DNA of 62,608 bases, the filler included, from Choristocarpus tenellus KU-1152 (Eukaryota; Protista; Phaeophyceae): NCBI GenBank assembly GCA_964200185.2. It is 9 parts of 9 records of this genome, joined end to end, with 100 filler letters (N's around TTAATTAATTAA, not from the genome) between each part and the next. Parts side by side here need not be neighbours in the genome. Positions count along the whole stretch, not along the records: positions 33,170 to 38,942 come from CAXNAD020009784.1; positions 39,043 to 41,948 come from CAXNAD020023756.1; positions 42,049 to 44,723 come from CAXNAD020025737.1; positions 44,824 to 48,344 come from CAXNAD020019473.1; 5 more parts are not named here. One strand, given 5' to 3'. Shown here piece after piece: positions 34,724 to 47,248 of the stretch; the stretch's first letter is position 1, and each line of letters starts with the position of its first letter. The notes beneath the pieces were generated by a model. The model saw only the letters and a list, made by a program, of their open reading frames with translations. It was not told the DNA's origin and did no database searches. The translations under genes were made by a program, and so were the position numbers.

Positions 34724-35798
34724 TCAAGGCCTAGTGGCAGACATAAGGAATCGGGTGGGTGATGCATGCACAATGGTTACACCCACCTTCGCTATATCCA
34801 GACCCACTCCAGTCATCTCAAGTGGGAGAGCAAACGAAACATTCCGCTGAACTATCATCTCATTTCCAATGCTCGGTGTGGGTAATAACTGTTCCTGAGG
34901 TTCTCGAAGTTTAGCAAAAATCGCATCACCCATCAACGGCTGGTGTGCAACATCCCGTTCCTTTTCTTCTCGCGGGGCAGGATCAGGTATACGATCGAGG
35001 TATGGCCCACTCTCCAGCCCATCCGCGACCCTAATCCTCCTTCTCCATATCTCTGCGTCGCCCATGCAACTGCTCGATGGGTGCATATCAAGAAATTTTT
35101 GATCTGTTGCGTTACTTTGAAATAGGCAGGTTATGTTCTACCTCCTCACTCCCTACGACCTTGGAAATCGATCTCTACCAACAGTCTAGAAGTCGGCTGT
35201 TGACAGAGCAAGGCAGTCACAGTCGGAGTCCCGTCTAAAGTTTCGGGAACTCTATGGGATTCCCACGCTGGATGAGTATCTATTTCTACGAATTAAATCT
35301 TCCATCTCCTCTGGGTAGTTGTCCCTGTCGAGAAGGCAACAACATCTCTGCAATAACACCTGTTTTTTTGGGGTGTGTAGTACTTTCAAAATCAAAAAGG
35401 TTTGTGTAGGAATTGAGAGGATTATTTGACGGTTTGACAATTTCAATAAATTTAGAGCCATGATACCAGTCCCTCACTACTTTTATATATTGTACTAGTG
35501 TTGTTTGAGGTTCCGCCTCTGCCAACCCTTCACCCCGGTGGCGTTGTACCTGGGTGGTGGCTTTGTACTGTCTAGGGACCGGGTAAGCGGGAGTTAGTCG
35601 TCTGGGTCGTCCGGCATACTCATCTTGCACGTGATAGACGAGAGTGAGGGTTCTTGATCAAGGCTTGGTCCTGGTATTGTCTACTGGAAGAGTTGCTTAA
35701 TTCGTCGGCAACCCAGGGGAATCTCCCCATCCGACGGCAAGACCATCCGATTTCGAGCGAGTTTTTTGGGGTCTACTTCATCGAGTGGGCTTGTGGAA
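34724..35798 (-). mobile_element. Degenerate copia-like gag/protease remnant
   Basis: Frameshifted remnants MVLPSDG, KVVRDWY, EEMEDLIRR.RY and DVAHQPL resemble algal copia gag and protease. Confidence 0.45.
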
Positions 35799-35799
35799 C

Positions 35800-38548
35800 A
35801 TGTCCCCACCAACCCTCCACCCTCCCAGCGACTTCGGAAAAGAGAATCGTATCGATGTCTCCTTCAACATGTCTAGAGCAATAAAAGCCGACACAATCGA
35901 GGGAACGCAACAGGGTACTACCTCTAAAACCTCTGAGCCATTAAGGTCGGTTAAAAATCTAGGGGCACCGCAACGTCACCGCGTAGGTCTGGCGCCCCGT
36001 TCTTCATCCCGACCGAAAACAAGGAGGCCTTCGAGCCCCCTGCAACAAGGATTATCGAACGAGGCACGACGGGTGCCAATGGCCTCCCTCCCCCTTAAAC
36101 TTAATGTAGACGAGCTACTTCCCCGGAGATATGACTCCCGCACTGTCAGAAGTGGCAATGGTGCTGATGTCGCGGGCGTGGGGAGCTTCAGTATCTATGA
36201 CAGCGCTGCCCTTGGGGAGACGAATTCTAGTGCAAAGAAAACTCATGGACCTCTTTCATCATCTCCTTCTGTCGTAAAATCTCAACCCTTGGCCCACACT
36301 GCCGGGCAAACCCCTGCGACAAAACACACACACGTGACCACCCGAAGAAAGGCAGACGTGCTATCTGGTACATCCGTCAGGAAAAGGCAGCGGGAAGCTG
36401 TGATGGGCGAATCGTCACTCCCTCAACAATCCCCCCGTGGCAGTCCTACTTCCAGCACGACAAGGATGGCAACCACACCTGCACAGGTGATGGAAACCTC
36501 AGAAATATCTACCTCTTTGGTTGCGCTTTCAGCTCAGACAGTTAAGGGAGTGTCAGTACCGTCTTCTAGGGGATTTGGTGAGGGCGACTCATGGGCTTCA
36601 CTGCAGATTTCTGGGGGACCCCGTAGGCACCGTGTGGTATCTCCTCCTAGAGGCCCAACAGGGGACATCTCTCATATCCTCTCCTGGAAGCCGGAGATTA
36701 AATCCAAGGTCAAGCCTGAGCCGACCTTAACAAAGAGTGCTGGGTCCAGCACTTCTGGTCATACCACTACTGACTCTAGTAGCACCTCTACCTCGAGCCC
36801 TACTTTCCCTCCCAAACTCTCGTCTTCCTCTCTCCTGAGTTGGAAGACGCAGGAACAGAGGCAGGGGCAGCTTCAACATCCCCAGTCACGAATAAAAAGG
36901 GATGGGGGAGTGGAGAATGCATCTGAGAAAGCAGAAGGAGACCTGCGTCAACAACAACCTTCAAGCTCAGGGGCATTGGGTTCAGCAAAGAATCAAAGCT
37001 CTGCAATGGATCTCTCGGCCTCTGTTGCCTCCTCATCTTTGCTGCATACACTAGTGGCAGAAGCTGGTACAACCTCTGCAGCCATTGATGAGGTTGCTGG
37101 TACTGCTTTTGGTTTGACTGCTTCTAAAGCAAGATATGCTTCCAAAGTGCCAACAAAGGCTACAGCAACAGTGGCAGATAAGGGAACCAGAACATCAATG
37201 AAGACAAGGTCTGTACAAATGATGCCCTCGCCGAAGAGGCGCATGAGGCGACTGGGGGGCCCGCTTCGTGTCCAGAAAAGGACAAAGAATGATGGCGATG
37301 GAGAGAGCGATGCGATGGAGGAGGAGGATCATGACAGAGAGGTGTTGTCCTCTATGCCTAATCCTCTTGCTGCGCCTCACCTTCAAAGAGAGGGAGAAGG
37401 AGAGAGTGGGAGTGGCATTACAAGGGAGGAGGGACAAGAGAAGTACAATCAGGTAGTGTGCAAGTTGAGAAGCGCACTCAACATCCATCTCGTATCCATC
37501 TGTTGATATTCTTGTGGGTCTATTTGTGCTTTCCATCTTTTTTCGGCTATAGGTCTCGACATATCTTTTATCGAAGATTCAAAAACGTTTAAAACCAATC
37601 ACTCCTGTATTGTTTGTTTATCCCATAGTTCTATTGATGATTGTGTACATCCTTGCACTGTTGCTCCTCCTCCTCCTCCTCCTCCTCTCCCACAAAGGAT
37701 GAACGCTTACCATTCAACACAAGCATTAATGGGACTGTCTCAGCACCCCCCTTGGCAGCAGCTGCTGCACCTCCTGTGGAGGCACAAGTCCAGGGATCAA
37801 AGAGAAGGACTGAACTTAGGAGAAGAGGGCTGCCCGCCACTGCAGATGACATACGAAGGCGGCAGGGGTGGGGCGATGGGGAGGAGGAGAAGGAGAAAGA
37901 GTCCATTATGCCTGATGCGTCTCATGGCATTGGAGCCCATGCAGGAGAAAAGGAAAGTGACAGTGAAGACATTAGCTTCACGGTCCCAGCAGTGCCGCAG
38001 GCTTGGCATCATCGGCAGCAGGGAGAGGTACCGTTCCGACGACGGGCTGGAATTTCCGGGGATATTTCCTCTGATGCTGGAGAAGTGGGAGCTGTGTCAC
38101 CGGTGGTGGATCATCCTCCATTATCGTTGGCTACGGGAGTGTCGTTGGGCGGCTACAGGAGGGTTGAGGAAGGCGTGTTGCCGTCGCTGCCTTCTCTGTC
38201 TGCTGTTGTTGTTTCGGGGGATGATGGTGTTGTTCCTTCTTCATCAGAGTGTACTGTGAGCAAGAAGGCGAAAGTCTCCTCAGAAGAATATTTCCACAAC
38301 CCCGAGGGGGGGGGGATAGGGGAGGGATCAAGCAGGGGTGAGGGCGGTAGGGTGATGGAGAAACGTGAATCTGGGGCAGGGGGTGAGGGAAGGAGGGTAG
38401 GGAGGTACGGGGGCGGGCAAGGTGGTGATGCCTTTGCTGGAAGGTTGAGACGTGGTCGTGAGTCCAATGATAGTCACAGCAGCGGAGGAAGCAGTGGTGG
38501 CATGGGCAGTGTTGGGGGAGGTGCTTCATGGGGCTCAGACGATGACAG
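35800..38548 (+). CDS. Large S/T/G/E-rich intrinsically disordered protein, 3'-partial; exons 35800 (or 35869)-37452 and 37698-38548
   Basis: Two long open, GC-richer exons joined in phase 0 (CAG|GTAGTG ... AAG|GAT). The second exon ends at an AG|GTGGGT donor. No recognisable domain within the window. Confidence 0.7.
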
Positions 38549-39042
38549 GTGGGTTGGTGTCCACGTAACATAGCCCGTGTCTGCAACTCTGAATGTGATC
38601 CTAACCCCCAGGCAGATTGGGTTCGTGTGTTTGTGTTGTGTCAAGATTGACAGGATCTGAATGGGAATTGAATGAGTTACATGTGTGTTTCATCAAAAGA
38701 CATCCCGATTTTGAAGTAAGTGCATTGCTTTTTTATTTATTTTGTTTATGTACCGTGCCATGTCCCGATCCGGTAGGTCACTTCCCCTTCCATCCCGGCA
38801 TCTGTCAACATTCACACCCTAACCCTTTGGTAACTTCGAGAAGCTTCGATACATTTGCCTTGCTGCAACAACCCATTCTGCCCCCCCCCCCCCCCCGCCA
38901 CCCCCCCCCCCCCGCCCCCCCCGCCCCGCCCCCCACCCCCCCNNNNNNNNNNNNNNNNNNNNNNNNNNNNNNNNNNNNNNNNNNNNTTAATTAATTAANN
39001 NNNNNNNNNNNNNNNNNNNNNNNNNNNNNNNNNNNNNNNNNN

Positions 39043-39119
39043 ATTTGAAATTTCAGCACAAAAAGGGTTGTTTGGCCGAAACGGACGCCGACACCCCCCC
39101 CCCCAAGATACTTTGACCC
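39043..39119. mobile_element. MITE family B subtype, right end
   Basis: ACGGACGCCGACACCCC...AAGATACTTTGACCC matches the right end of 42065-42227. Confidence 0.7.
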
Positions 39120-40206
39120 CCACAGCATTTTGTTTGTATAGTGTTACGACTTTTCCTAGAGATAGTCAAATACGTTACATTGTTCGTGTCATTTGTACCT
39201 CTGTAGCAAAATCAACACTTTAACACGCAAAACTCTCACAACGCAAAACAAAATCAAGTTCCGCAGTTGCATTTTTTTAATACATAAGAGTTGTTACTTC
39301 CATTTTTTTTGTGCAATATGGACTGCGCTTCACAAGATATTTCTCACAGAAAGTCCATTTTCTGGTTGGAGCCAGAGTCCATACTTTGGAGAGTACTTCT
39401 CTTCATATATATTTTTAGATGTTACTGGGCTTTAGTTTTGTTCGTTCTCCTGAAGAATAGGTTTGCACACACATACATATGGCGACTCCTACCTGACAAT
39501 TAATAGGGATGAAGCATTACACTTTTCGATTTCAGCTCTCCAAGCAAAATGTGCACGTATTTTGTGTTGTTAGGAGCGGACTCTTAGAACAGTGTGGTAC
39601 AATGTAATAGTTTAACAAGGAAACAATTTCAACTCTGTGAAGCAGTGTTCAGTGACTTGGATAAATGAAGCAGACTCGAAAAATGTCTCATGCACTGGAA
39701 TATAATCAACACGTGTGCGAAGCACCGAGAGTGAGCTGGTGAGCCTCCATGAGCAAGAGTTGTGCAAAGTCTGGCTGGCACAGGTGTACATGTGAAAAAA
39801 TAACCAATCAAATAACTCAAACCGTTCAATTTAGATGTTCATTATTCTTAAATATATATCATAGGGATTCAATCAGAACTATTCACAACACTATCCTTAT
39901 AGCATACCGAACACATGTTGATGTGACTGTTTTCAATTCAGGGATTGGTGTTGTGGAGATGATGTGTATTTCGTATGTCTTGACCTCAAGTATCGTGGGT
40001 ATAGCACCACACTGAGTGATGCGTTTTCCAAACCATATGAATGCAAAATATGACAATGAATAGAGGGTAGCGGAAAAGAAAAGATGTGGGAAGGCACAAG
40101 GTGCGCTCCCTGGGAGAGTTGACTTCCACAAGGAGGCTACATATATATTGGCATTGACTGGGCAGGCTACACCGTTAAACAGCAACAACTGCTTCTTGCT
40201 TGACCT

Positions 40207-41948
40207 TCATAGTCCTCCACACCCAACAGTCATCGTATCAGAGGTGCTGAATGCAAGTAACAGTGCAGTGTACTCCAACCTATAGACATAATGATAACTC
40301 TTCCCGGTCATGTTTAAAACAACTAAATGGATTCAAAAGAAATATGCGTTTAGTGTGTGCTGTGGGTTACAATGTTATAGGGGGATAGGGCATGTACACG
40401 CCAAGAAGGGCATGCCTGCAACAAGAATCAGTGTGGTCAGTTGAGGATATCAGCCAAGGGAGCGAATTGAGCCATATCAAACAGTGCAAACCCAGGATAG
40501 TACACACAGGATCTTCCCATCCACCATCATGGCTAACACAAAACATGTTAGCCTGCACAATATTAAGCACAGGTTAATAATTGATTTAATACTTGCAATG
40601 ATGTCCATGCACCAAAGGGCAAGATGGAGACAGTGGTACCCATCAAATGTGTTATCCACAAAGAGCAAAGACTGGTTTCATATCTTGTACACTTAAGTTG
40701 CTCTGATAATTTGAAAGTGATAAATTGTATCTGCACATACTTCGGCACACTTGAACCCAGCTTGAAACTTTGCAATGCAAGGAAACATTTCTTATCCATT
40801 TGCTGTGATAATTGGAACCCAGTCATGAGTCTTCCCCTCCCCCGTACAGAAATAATAATAATAGGAAAATAGTAACTCACCTATTGCAGAGTACTCCTTT
40901 AACTACCGGAAACAAGGCAAGGAAGAATCTATGGCACTCAATAAAGTACTCTACAAAGAACCAAAAAAGGAGGTTTAACAAGATGCCAAAAAAAAACGAA
41001 ACATTCCATCAGGGTCAATTCAGCACTTTACCGATGTCTCGAGGGATGTTCTTTCCGAGGACACAAGCAAGTCCAGGAGTCAACAGGCAGCATTCCGCAA
41101 ACACAACCAGAAAGCACACTGACAAGCAGAATGGGAATAGCTCTGTATAATTGTATTATCAAGAACGTAACACACACATATATATAAGCAACAGTAAACA
41201 CCCCAGGACCCCGATGAGGTCCTGGTCAGGGGGGGGGGCGTACATATTCTACACACGCCTTCCAAGTTCCAGGCATTATCTCCAGACCTGGAGAAATATC
41301 AATCCATTACTTAATCAGTGATAATATTCCTCAAAATAAACAAGATGTGGAGCATGCAACTGAATCCCTCTACACACAATACAGATATGCTCTTATGCGC
41401 CAACAGTGAACATCCCCCCCCTCCCTCTCCCCTTCACGCATTGCCTTACAACAATGCAACAAAGAAAGACATGGATTTGGCACAATACTATCATGGCCTA
41501 GAACAAAAAAAGTCAACAGATTGCACAACATGACATGTCCCTGAGAGGAAATATTGATTCCTTGAACATGTCAGACAAAAGTGATATCACGACTATCCAA
41601 TTCGGAAATACAACTACACACGCCAGCCAGCCCAATTCTCAGACCCTCGCCCCCCATCACCTTCAGCCTCTACCCCGCCCCCTCCCCGACCCTTCAAATC
41701 ATACACAGTACCATGCCCCCCCCCTGTCCCAGCAAAACGGCCCTCATGCCAACTAGGACCAGCAAAACTGGATCGACCAGGCAGATCACCAACACCGCTT
41801 GGGGGATGGAAATCCCCCATACCACTAGCAAACGAACGGGGAGGTGCCCCAGGGCGAAGGTGTGAAACAGCAGGTGGTGGATAGTCAAAGCCATGGTAAA
41901 CCCCCCGCCCACCTTGTCGTGCCTCCAAGACCCCACTTCCACCTCCAT
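40207..41948 (-). CDS. Possible 3' exons of an unknown gene (40950-40881, 40279-40207; candidate upstream exons ~41287-41200 and ~41948-41712)
   Basis: The 70-nt exon (TAG acceptor, GTGAGT donor) is open in one frame only. It is phase-compatible with a terminal exon ending ...VGCGGL*. No homology recognised. Confidence 0.35.
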
Positions 41949-42064
41949 NNNNNNNNNNNNNNNNNNNNNNNNNNNNNNNNNNNNNNNNNNNNTTAATTAA
42001 TTAANNNNNNNNNNNNNNNNNNNNNNNNNNNNNNNNNNNNNNNNNNNNGAAGAAAGGATGGAGA

Positions 42065-42227
42065 GGGTCAAAGTATCTGGGGGGGGGGGGTGGTTTGTTA
42101 TGGGGCGTCCGTTTCGGTCAAACAACTCTTCTTTTTGCTGACGATTCAAATCCGACAAATGCGACCAAATCACACCAAAAAAGGTGAAAAACGGACGCCG
42201 ACACCCCCCCCCCAGATACTTTGAACT
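42065..42227. mobile_element. MITE family B subtype copy
   Basis: GGGTCAAAGTATCTGGGG ... CCCCAGATACTTTGAACT. No clear TSD. Confidence 0.75.
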
Positions 42228-42839
42228 GGGATGTTTTTTTCCCGCATAAATCCTATACTTTAATCAAGTAATAGTGCATTTGTTGCCACTCTTGTTGACC
42301 TACAATTCAGGATTCGAACCCCGGTATGAGTGTTCTTTCTTCAAGAACTGAAAAAAATGGTGAAAACAAACGAAGCCTGTACTCTGGAGGGCCTAGTGAC
42401 TGGCTTCACAAATATTCTTCTATGTTTTTAATCCGATGTCTACATCAAAGGTTATGACGAGACAAGCCCAGAGGGCGAACCTGCTGGCACCACTATACTG
42501 ATATTTCATGCTGGTGCATACTAGTTCTAATGTTGTGAATTGTACCAGCTGTATCCATCTGATGCAATTATATTGTACTTCAATCGAAATCGAAAGTCTT
42601 GAGCATCAGTTTTTTTTTTTCTTTAAATGTTTGGAGGAGAGGATAAACACAGGCGCTCAAACAGGCACCCATAAACATCTCTAGGAATGAAGATGCAATG
42701 AATTCGCCCAGATACTCTGAAGATAGCGAGTATCGGTTCCTATACATGATTATAATGGCGTGGACACATCTATCCGATATACTCTTCTGGATGTATATGA
42801 TGATGGCAAGGAACGTGAAGGGTCAGATGAAGACAAAGA

Positions 42840-43750
42840 ACTTGCCTTTAGAGGAGACAGTGAGGCATCAATAGTTTAGATGGGTCGCCTGTTGGAGGAA
42901 ACCCACTACTGTATCACAAGCTACCACTGCATAGAACACAGGATTTTCTGAGACCAGAGTCCCTCATTGAAACCCAGATTGATCTTAATCTTGCGATTCT
43001 GTGGCAGCGTGGTTCACTCAGGCAAGGGTGGTGAAGAGTATCATTGGGCAAGCGGACCAATACGAACCGTAACCGAGAGGACAAGGTTAAGGTTGGACAA
43101 GTGCAAGACTGCTTGTACAAAAACTGTGTGGACGGTAGTGGTCCCAGCAGATGTGGTAATAAATGTCAATACTCTCGGACATCAACGTTAACAATCGATG
43201 GGTTGGTGCGCACTGCAGGGCGGAAAAGGGTTGAATGCCCTGCCGGAGTTACAGTCAAAGGAGTACACGGGGATGGGCCATAGAGTGGGCCATTTATGTT
43301 GCGAATATGCTTGTTTTATGTCGCGAATATGGTTGTCTCATGGCGTCCAGGGATAATAATCAAAGATCATCGGTCAGGGTAGGAGTAGTGTGCCTGAGAC
43401 ACCACAAAGTAACATTGTGTGACAGTAAATAAATTACTTGTGTGAGAATATCATGTTGTGATAACAAGCAGGATAATAAGGGCGGACCAATTTAGGAGGG
43501 GAGAGGGGACGATTGGTCGTAGTTCCTGTGCACCACCTTGCTCACAAACTCGGATACCCCTGTGACTTAAGGGTGACATTTTATCACAGTAGGCTACATT
43601 ATAGGGTGGTCGATTGGAGCGATGCCAAGATGGTCGGAATTGGGGCTATGATGCAATACTTTTTGGGGGAGTATGCATTGTCATCCTTACTACAAGCGTT
43701 AACAACCGGTGACCACAGTGAAAGAAACTGATAGCAGGAGAACATAGTAT
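42840..43750 (-). mobile_element. Possible highly decayed tyrosine-recombinase (DIRS-like) fragment
   Basis: Minus-strand remnants AYSPK, RAFNP, VQAVLHL and INLGFN..WS fall in YR order. Recognised by eye only. Confidence 0.3.
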
Positions 43751-44455
43751 GGTGCCCAATAGCGAGATAATAAGTTCAAGTCAATCAAGGGTGGGGGGGG
43801 ATTCAGGGCAGAATAGTGTGGGCAATGAGATGGATGTATGCAGATGGTTATAATTGTATGTCACGAATGTCTCCAATAGTTTTGAGTTGAACACGGGGTT
43901 GGAATTGGACGTGTTTAGATTGAGCAGGGGATATATGCTACAATCCTCTATGTTAAAACATAGGCTACTCACTTCATTTGTTTTGATGCGATATAGTATC
44001 GTCAGTCCATATTGAATGTTCATTTGACCATTGCAATGATCGCTATTCTCACTTACTTCATTAGCTCCTCATCACAACACCATCAATCACCTTCAGAACA
44101 CCACAGTATACAGGAAGCATAAGAACAGTCGCTTCCTATCACGCATACAGGTATACCATTTGACACATCAGTTCCCTCAGACATTAATTCAAGTTTGCCT
44201 CCTTGTTTCTACTTTGTTTTTCCTTCTTCTTCTTCACAAAAGTTGTCAGTTGCATATCATGCGCTGATTTTTTTTCTTGACTGGCATTGCCCCCTCATAA
44301 TTATCTTGCTCACTCTGCAATACATGTGCCAGACACACGCCGAGATGCAATATATACAGAGTTTAAAACATCCTTCGAAACCCTTCTCAGTCAAGGTGAC
44401 ACGCCTCTCCACAGAACATGCATTTCTTCATTTAAGCATCTCAATGAAAGATCAC

Positions 44456-44680
44456 ACATTTCACATCAACCATTGTCTGATTGAATAAAATATGTCGTCA
44501 GACCTACCAGAACGAATTAACAGGTGTTTTGTTGCACTGTGACACCTTTGTCTAAACGTGTTAACCACAGCGCAACTAAAACACTTTCACATCAACCATT
44601 GTCTGATTGAGTAAAACATGTCATCAGACCTACCCAAACAAATTCAACGGTGCTTTGTTGCACTATGATACCCTTCGTCA
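44456..44680. repeat. ~126-bp imperfect tandem duplication
   Basis: TTTCACATCAACCATTGTCTGATTGA...CAGACCTACC occurs at ~44458 and ~44584. Confidence 0.85.
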
Positions 44681-44919
44681 CAAACTAGATAGGGGGGGGG
44701 ACGAAAGGAGGAAAGGTGGTAGTNNNNNNNNNNNNNNNNNNNNNNNNNNNNNNNNNNNNNNNNNNNNTTAATTAATTAANNNNNNNNNNNNNNNNNNNNN
44801 NNNNNNNNNNNNNNNNNNNNNNNAGACGTTCAAGCTAGGTCACCTTCAGGGTATACCTTCTACATGACGTTCAAGATAGGTAACCTTCAGGGTATACCTT
44901 CTATGGAATGTGACTCTCA

Positions 44920-45045
44920 CAAAAACACTATAAAACACTGTAAGTGTGAAAACCACCACTAATCTATCAGTTTCTTCACCATTATCAATATTGTACTACT
45001 GTCTTCCTGTGCTTCCTATCTACCTACTTCTGCGCCCAGGGAGGA
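44920..45045 (-). mobile_element. Fragment of the CRE-type 3' UTR repeat
   Basis: Nearly identical to 27500-27605. Confidence 0.8.
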
Positions 45046-45710
45046 TTAAATTTATTGCATTTTTCATTATTTTTCTATTCTCGTTTCATTTTGCTTAGTT
45101 TGTTGTTACTCTTCTTCTGTTTAAGCAACTTTGGTTAGAAGTGTAGCTTCCTTTGGCGGTATGTCTCAAGACAGTAAACTCATGTGGTGATAATTGCTAT
45201 CACCACAATTATGTTCACAACAATGCAACAACTGTTCTCTTCTGTATAGGAAAGCATCGTCCGTTTCTTCAATTCAAAAATGGAACTCCAATACGACAAT
45301 TACTCCTACTACTATTGTGCACTTACAATAATTGGAAGGGAGACTCTGTTACAACCTGTATAAAATAGAACTCTACAGATACTATGTTGTGGCGTTCATG
45401 TTATCTTGTATATTTCTTTCCCTCCCCCAAGACATAATTTGTGAAATGTGGGGAAAATACATACTGGTGATACCACACGGCTGCAAAATGTGTATCATAA
45501 CCCTTCCTCCAAACAAAAAAGAGATTTTCAATACATGAGGCTAAAACAAAAATTAACAATATCATCTATCATCATCCTAGTAAGTGTGCCTTTCTTATTA
45601 CGAATATTCCTCCAGCAGAGGACTGCAACAGTTGTTCCACAGATGGCGTAGCTGCCTTTATCTCTGGAACAATAATGACTGCATCCTTAGAGTCTCTATC
45701 AAATTCAAGT

Positions 45711-45956
45711 GAGTCAAAATAAACGAGAGAGTTGCATTTAAGAATACTGAAATATATGCGAAATCCGACTTTTCTTACAAGTACGTAAAGGATACTTTCT
45801 GAATTCGACGAAAAATCTCAAACAATAGAGAAATCAACGCTCTCATGTCAAAATTAGCACCTCATCCATAGAAATATGAGTGAACTGCAAGAGATCGAAA
45901 AACTGGCTTAGAAGCCAAAACGCCCAAACCTGGGTAACTCTCGTTTATTTTGGCTC
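45711..45956. mobile_element. MITE family C copy
   Basis: TIRs GAGTCAAAATAAACGAGAG / CTCTCGTTTATTTTGGCTC; flanks agt/agc. Interior similar to 58304-58564. Confidence 0.75.
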
Positions 45957-46133
45957 AGCAGACCTTTTCTAGAGTTCATATCAAATATACCAACGCATTG
46001 GCGCAGTCGCAAAGTGTGTACGTCTGAATGTTTTGAGGTATGATTATTGTTTGCCTGCTGAGTTTATTGAAGTATCTTACTAGACCCTAGAGCCCTAGGT
46101 ATATAGCTCATTTTAACATCATAAGGAACAAAT

Positions 46134-46395
46134 GAGATAAACCAATTGAGAAGTAGGCAAGTTTAGACCCTTTTGCAATTTTAGCCATGTTTCTTGCCCT
46201 GCGCAATACACTCTGTTTTATTTCTTTACGTGCACAAAGTGTGCGCAAAAATTTATACCCCCCCTTTCCACACACATAAAGTGACACCACAACTAAGCAA
46301 AGGCTATTCCTGCAGTTGTACAAAACAGCGTATTATTGCCCTTTCTTGAGATATCCTTAAATACAACCCTGCTTAACTCTCAATTGATTTGGCTC
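46134..46395. mobile_element. MITE family D copy, TSD AAT
   Basis: GAGATAAACCAATTGAGAAGTAGGCA ... TCTCAATTGATTTGGCTC, flanked by aat/aat. Confidence 0.75.
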
Positions 46396-46990
46396 AATTG
46401 TGTGGATTTCTTCGCATTGTAAGGCCAAAGGTTTAATCTGGTATCGTAGGCCCATTTAATAGAGGATGTATAAAAATGTGCGGGGTATGGCGATTGATTA
46501 ATATATCATTTTATGCAATTGCAGAAAGAGCTTTTGCTGAATGGTGATGGTTTCGCCTTGTGTGTGTGAAGGGAAGTGTCAACTTTGCATACGGTATTTT
46601 GCACATAAATGTATTAAACAGAGTGTATTGCACTGGATAAGAAAGATGGCTTGGAATGCAAAAGGGTCCAAACCTGGCTAGCTCTCATATGAATTGAATC
46701 AGATCCAGCATATATTCCCTCTATCCCATAAGTTTGTGCCGTCAAGCTGTAGCTCCTTGAGGTGACCTCCGATAACAAAACAGATTTTGGGGTTGGATTC
46801 TTTAGAATATTCTCCATTAAACAAGAATGTCTAATCTTTACTTGACATCATCAATCCACCAATCCAGTGACGTCTTCAAGGGCGTCCACGATGATGACAA
46901 CTCATTATAACGCCATCTTCAAGCTTCGTCATCAGCTCGTGGATTGGGCTACATATTCCATCAAGAAAGACAAGCTGCCGTAAGCATTTT

Positions 46991-47248
46991 GAGCCAAACC
47001 AATTGAGAAGTAGGCAGGGTTCCATTTCAAGGACCCCGAGAAAAAGGAAAAAAAAAGTTTTGCACAATTCCAGAAAGAGGTTTTCCTGAATTGTAGTGTC
47101 AAAGTTGTGTGTGTGAAGGGGGAGTATCAATGTTGTGTACACTATTTTGAAAATATAGCAATAAAATAGAGTGTATTGTAGAGGGTAACAAGGATGGCTC
47201 AGAATACAACAGGGTTCAAACCTGCCTACCTCTCAATTGATTTGGCTC
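46991..47248. mobile_element. MITE family D copy in the opposite orientation (partial third copy ~46520-46700)
   Basis: TIRs GAGCCAAACCAATTGAGAAGTAGGCAGG / CCTGCCTACCTCTCAATTGATTTGGCTC. Confidence 0.8.

Noticed and set aside
44826-44903. 41-bp direct repeat pair at a contig start
   Set aside because: Only two copies at a contig edge; an uninformative satellite remnant.
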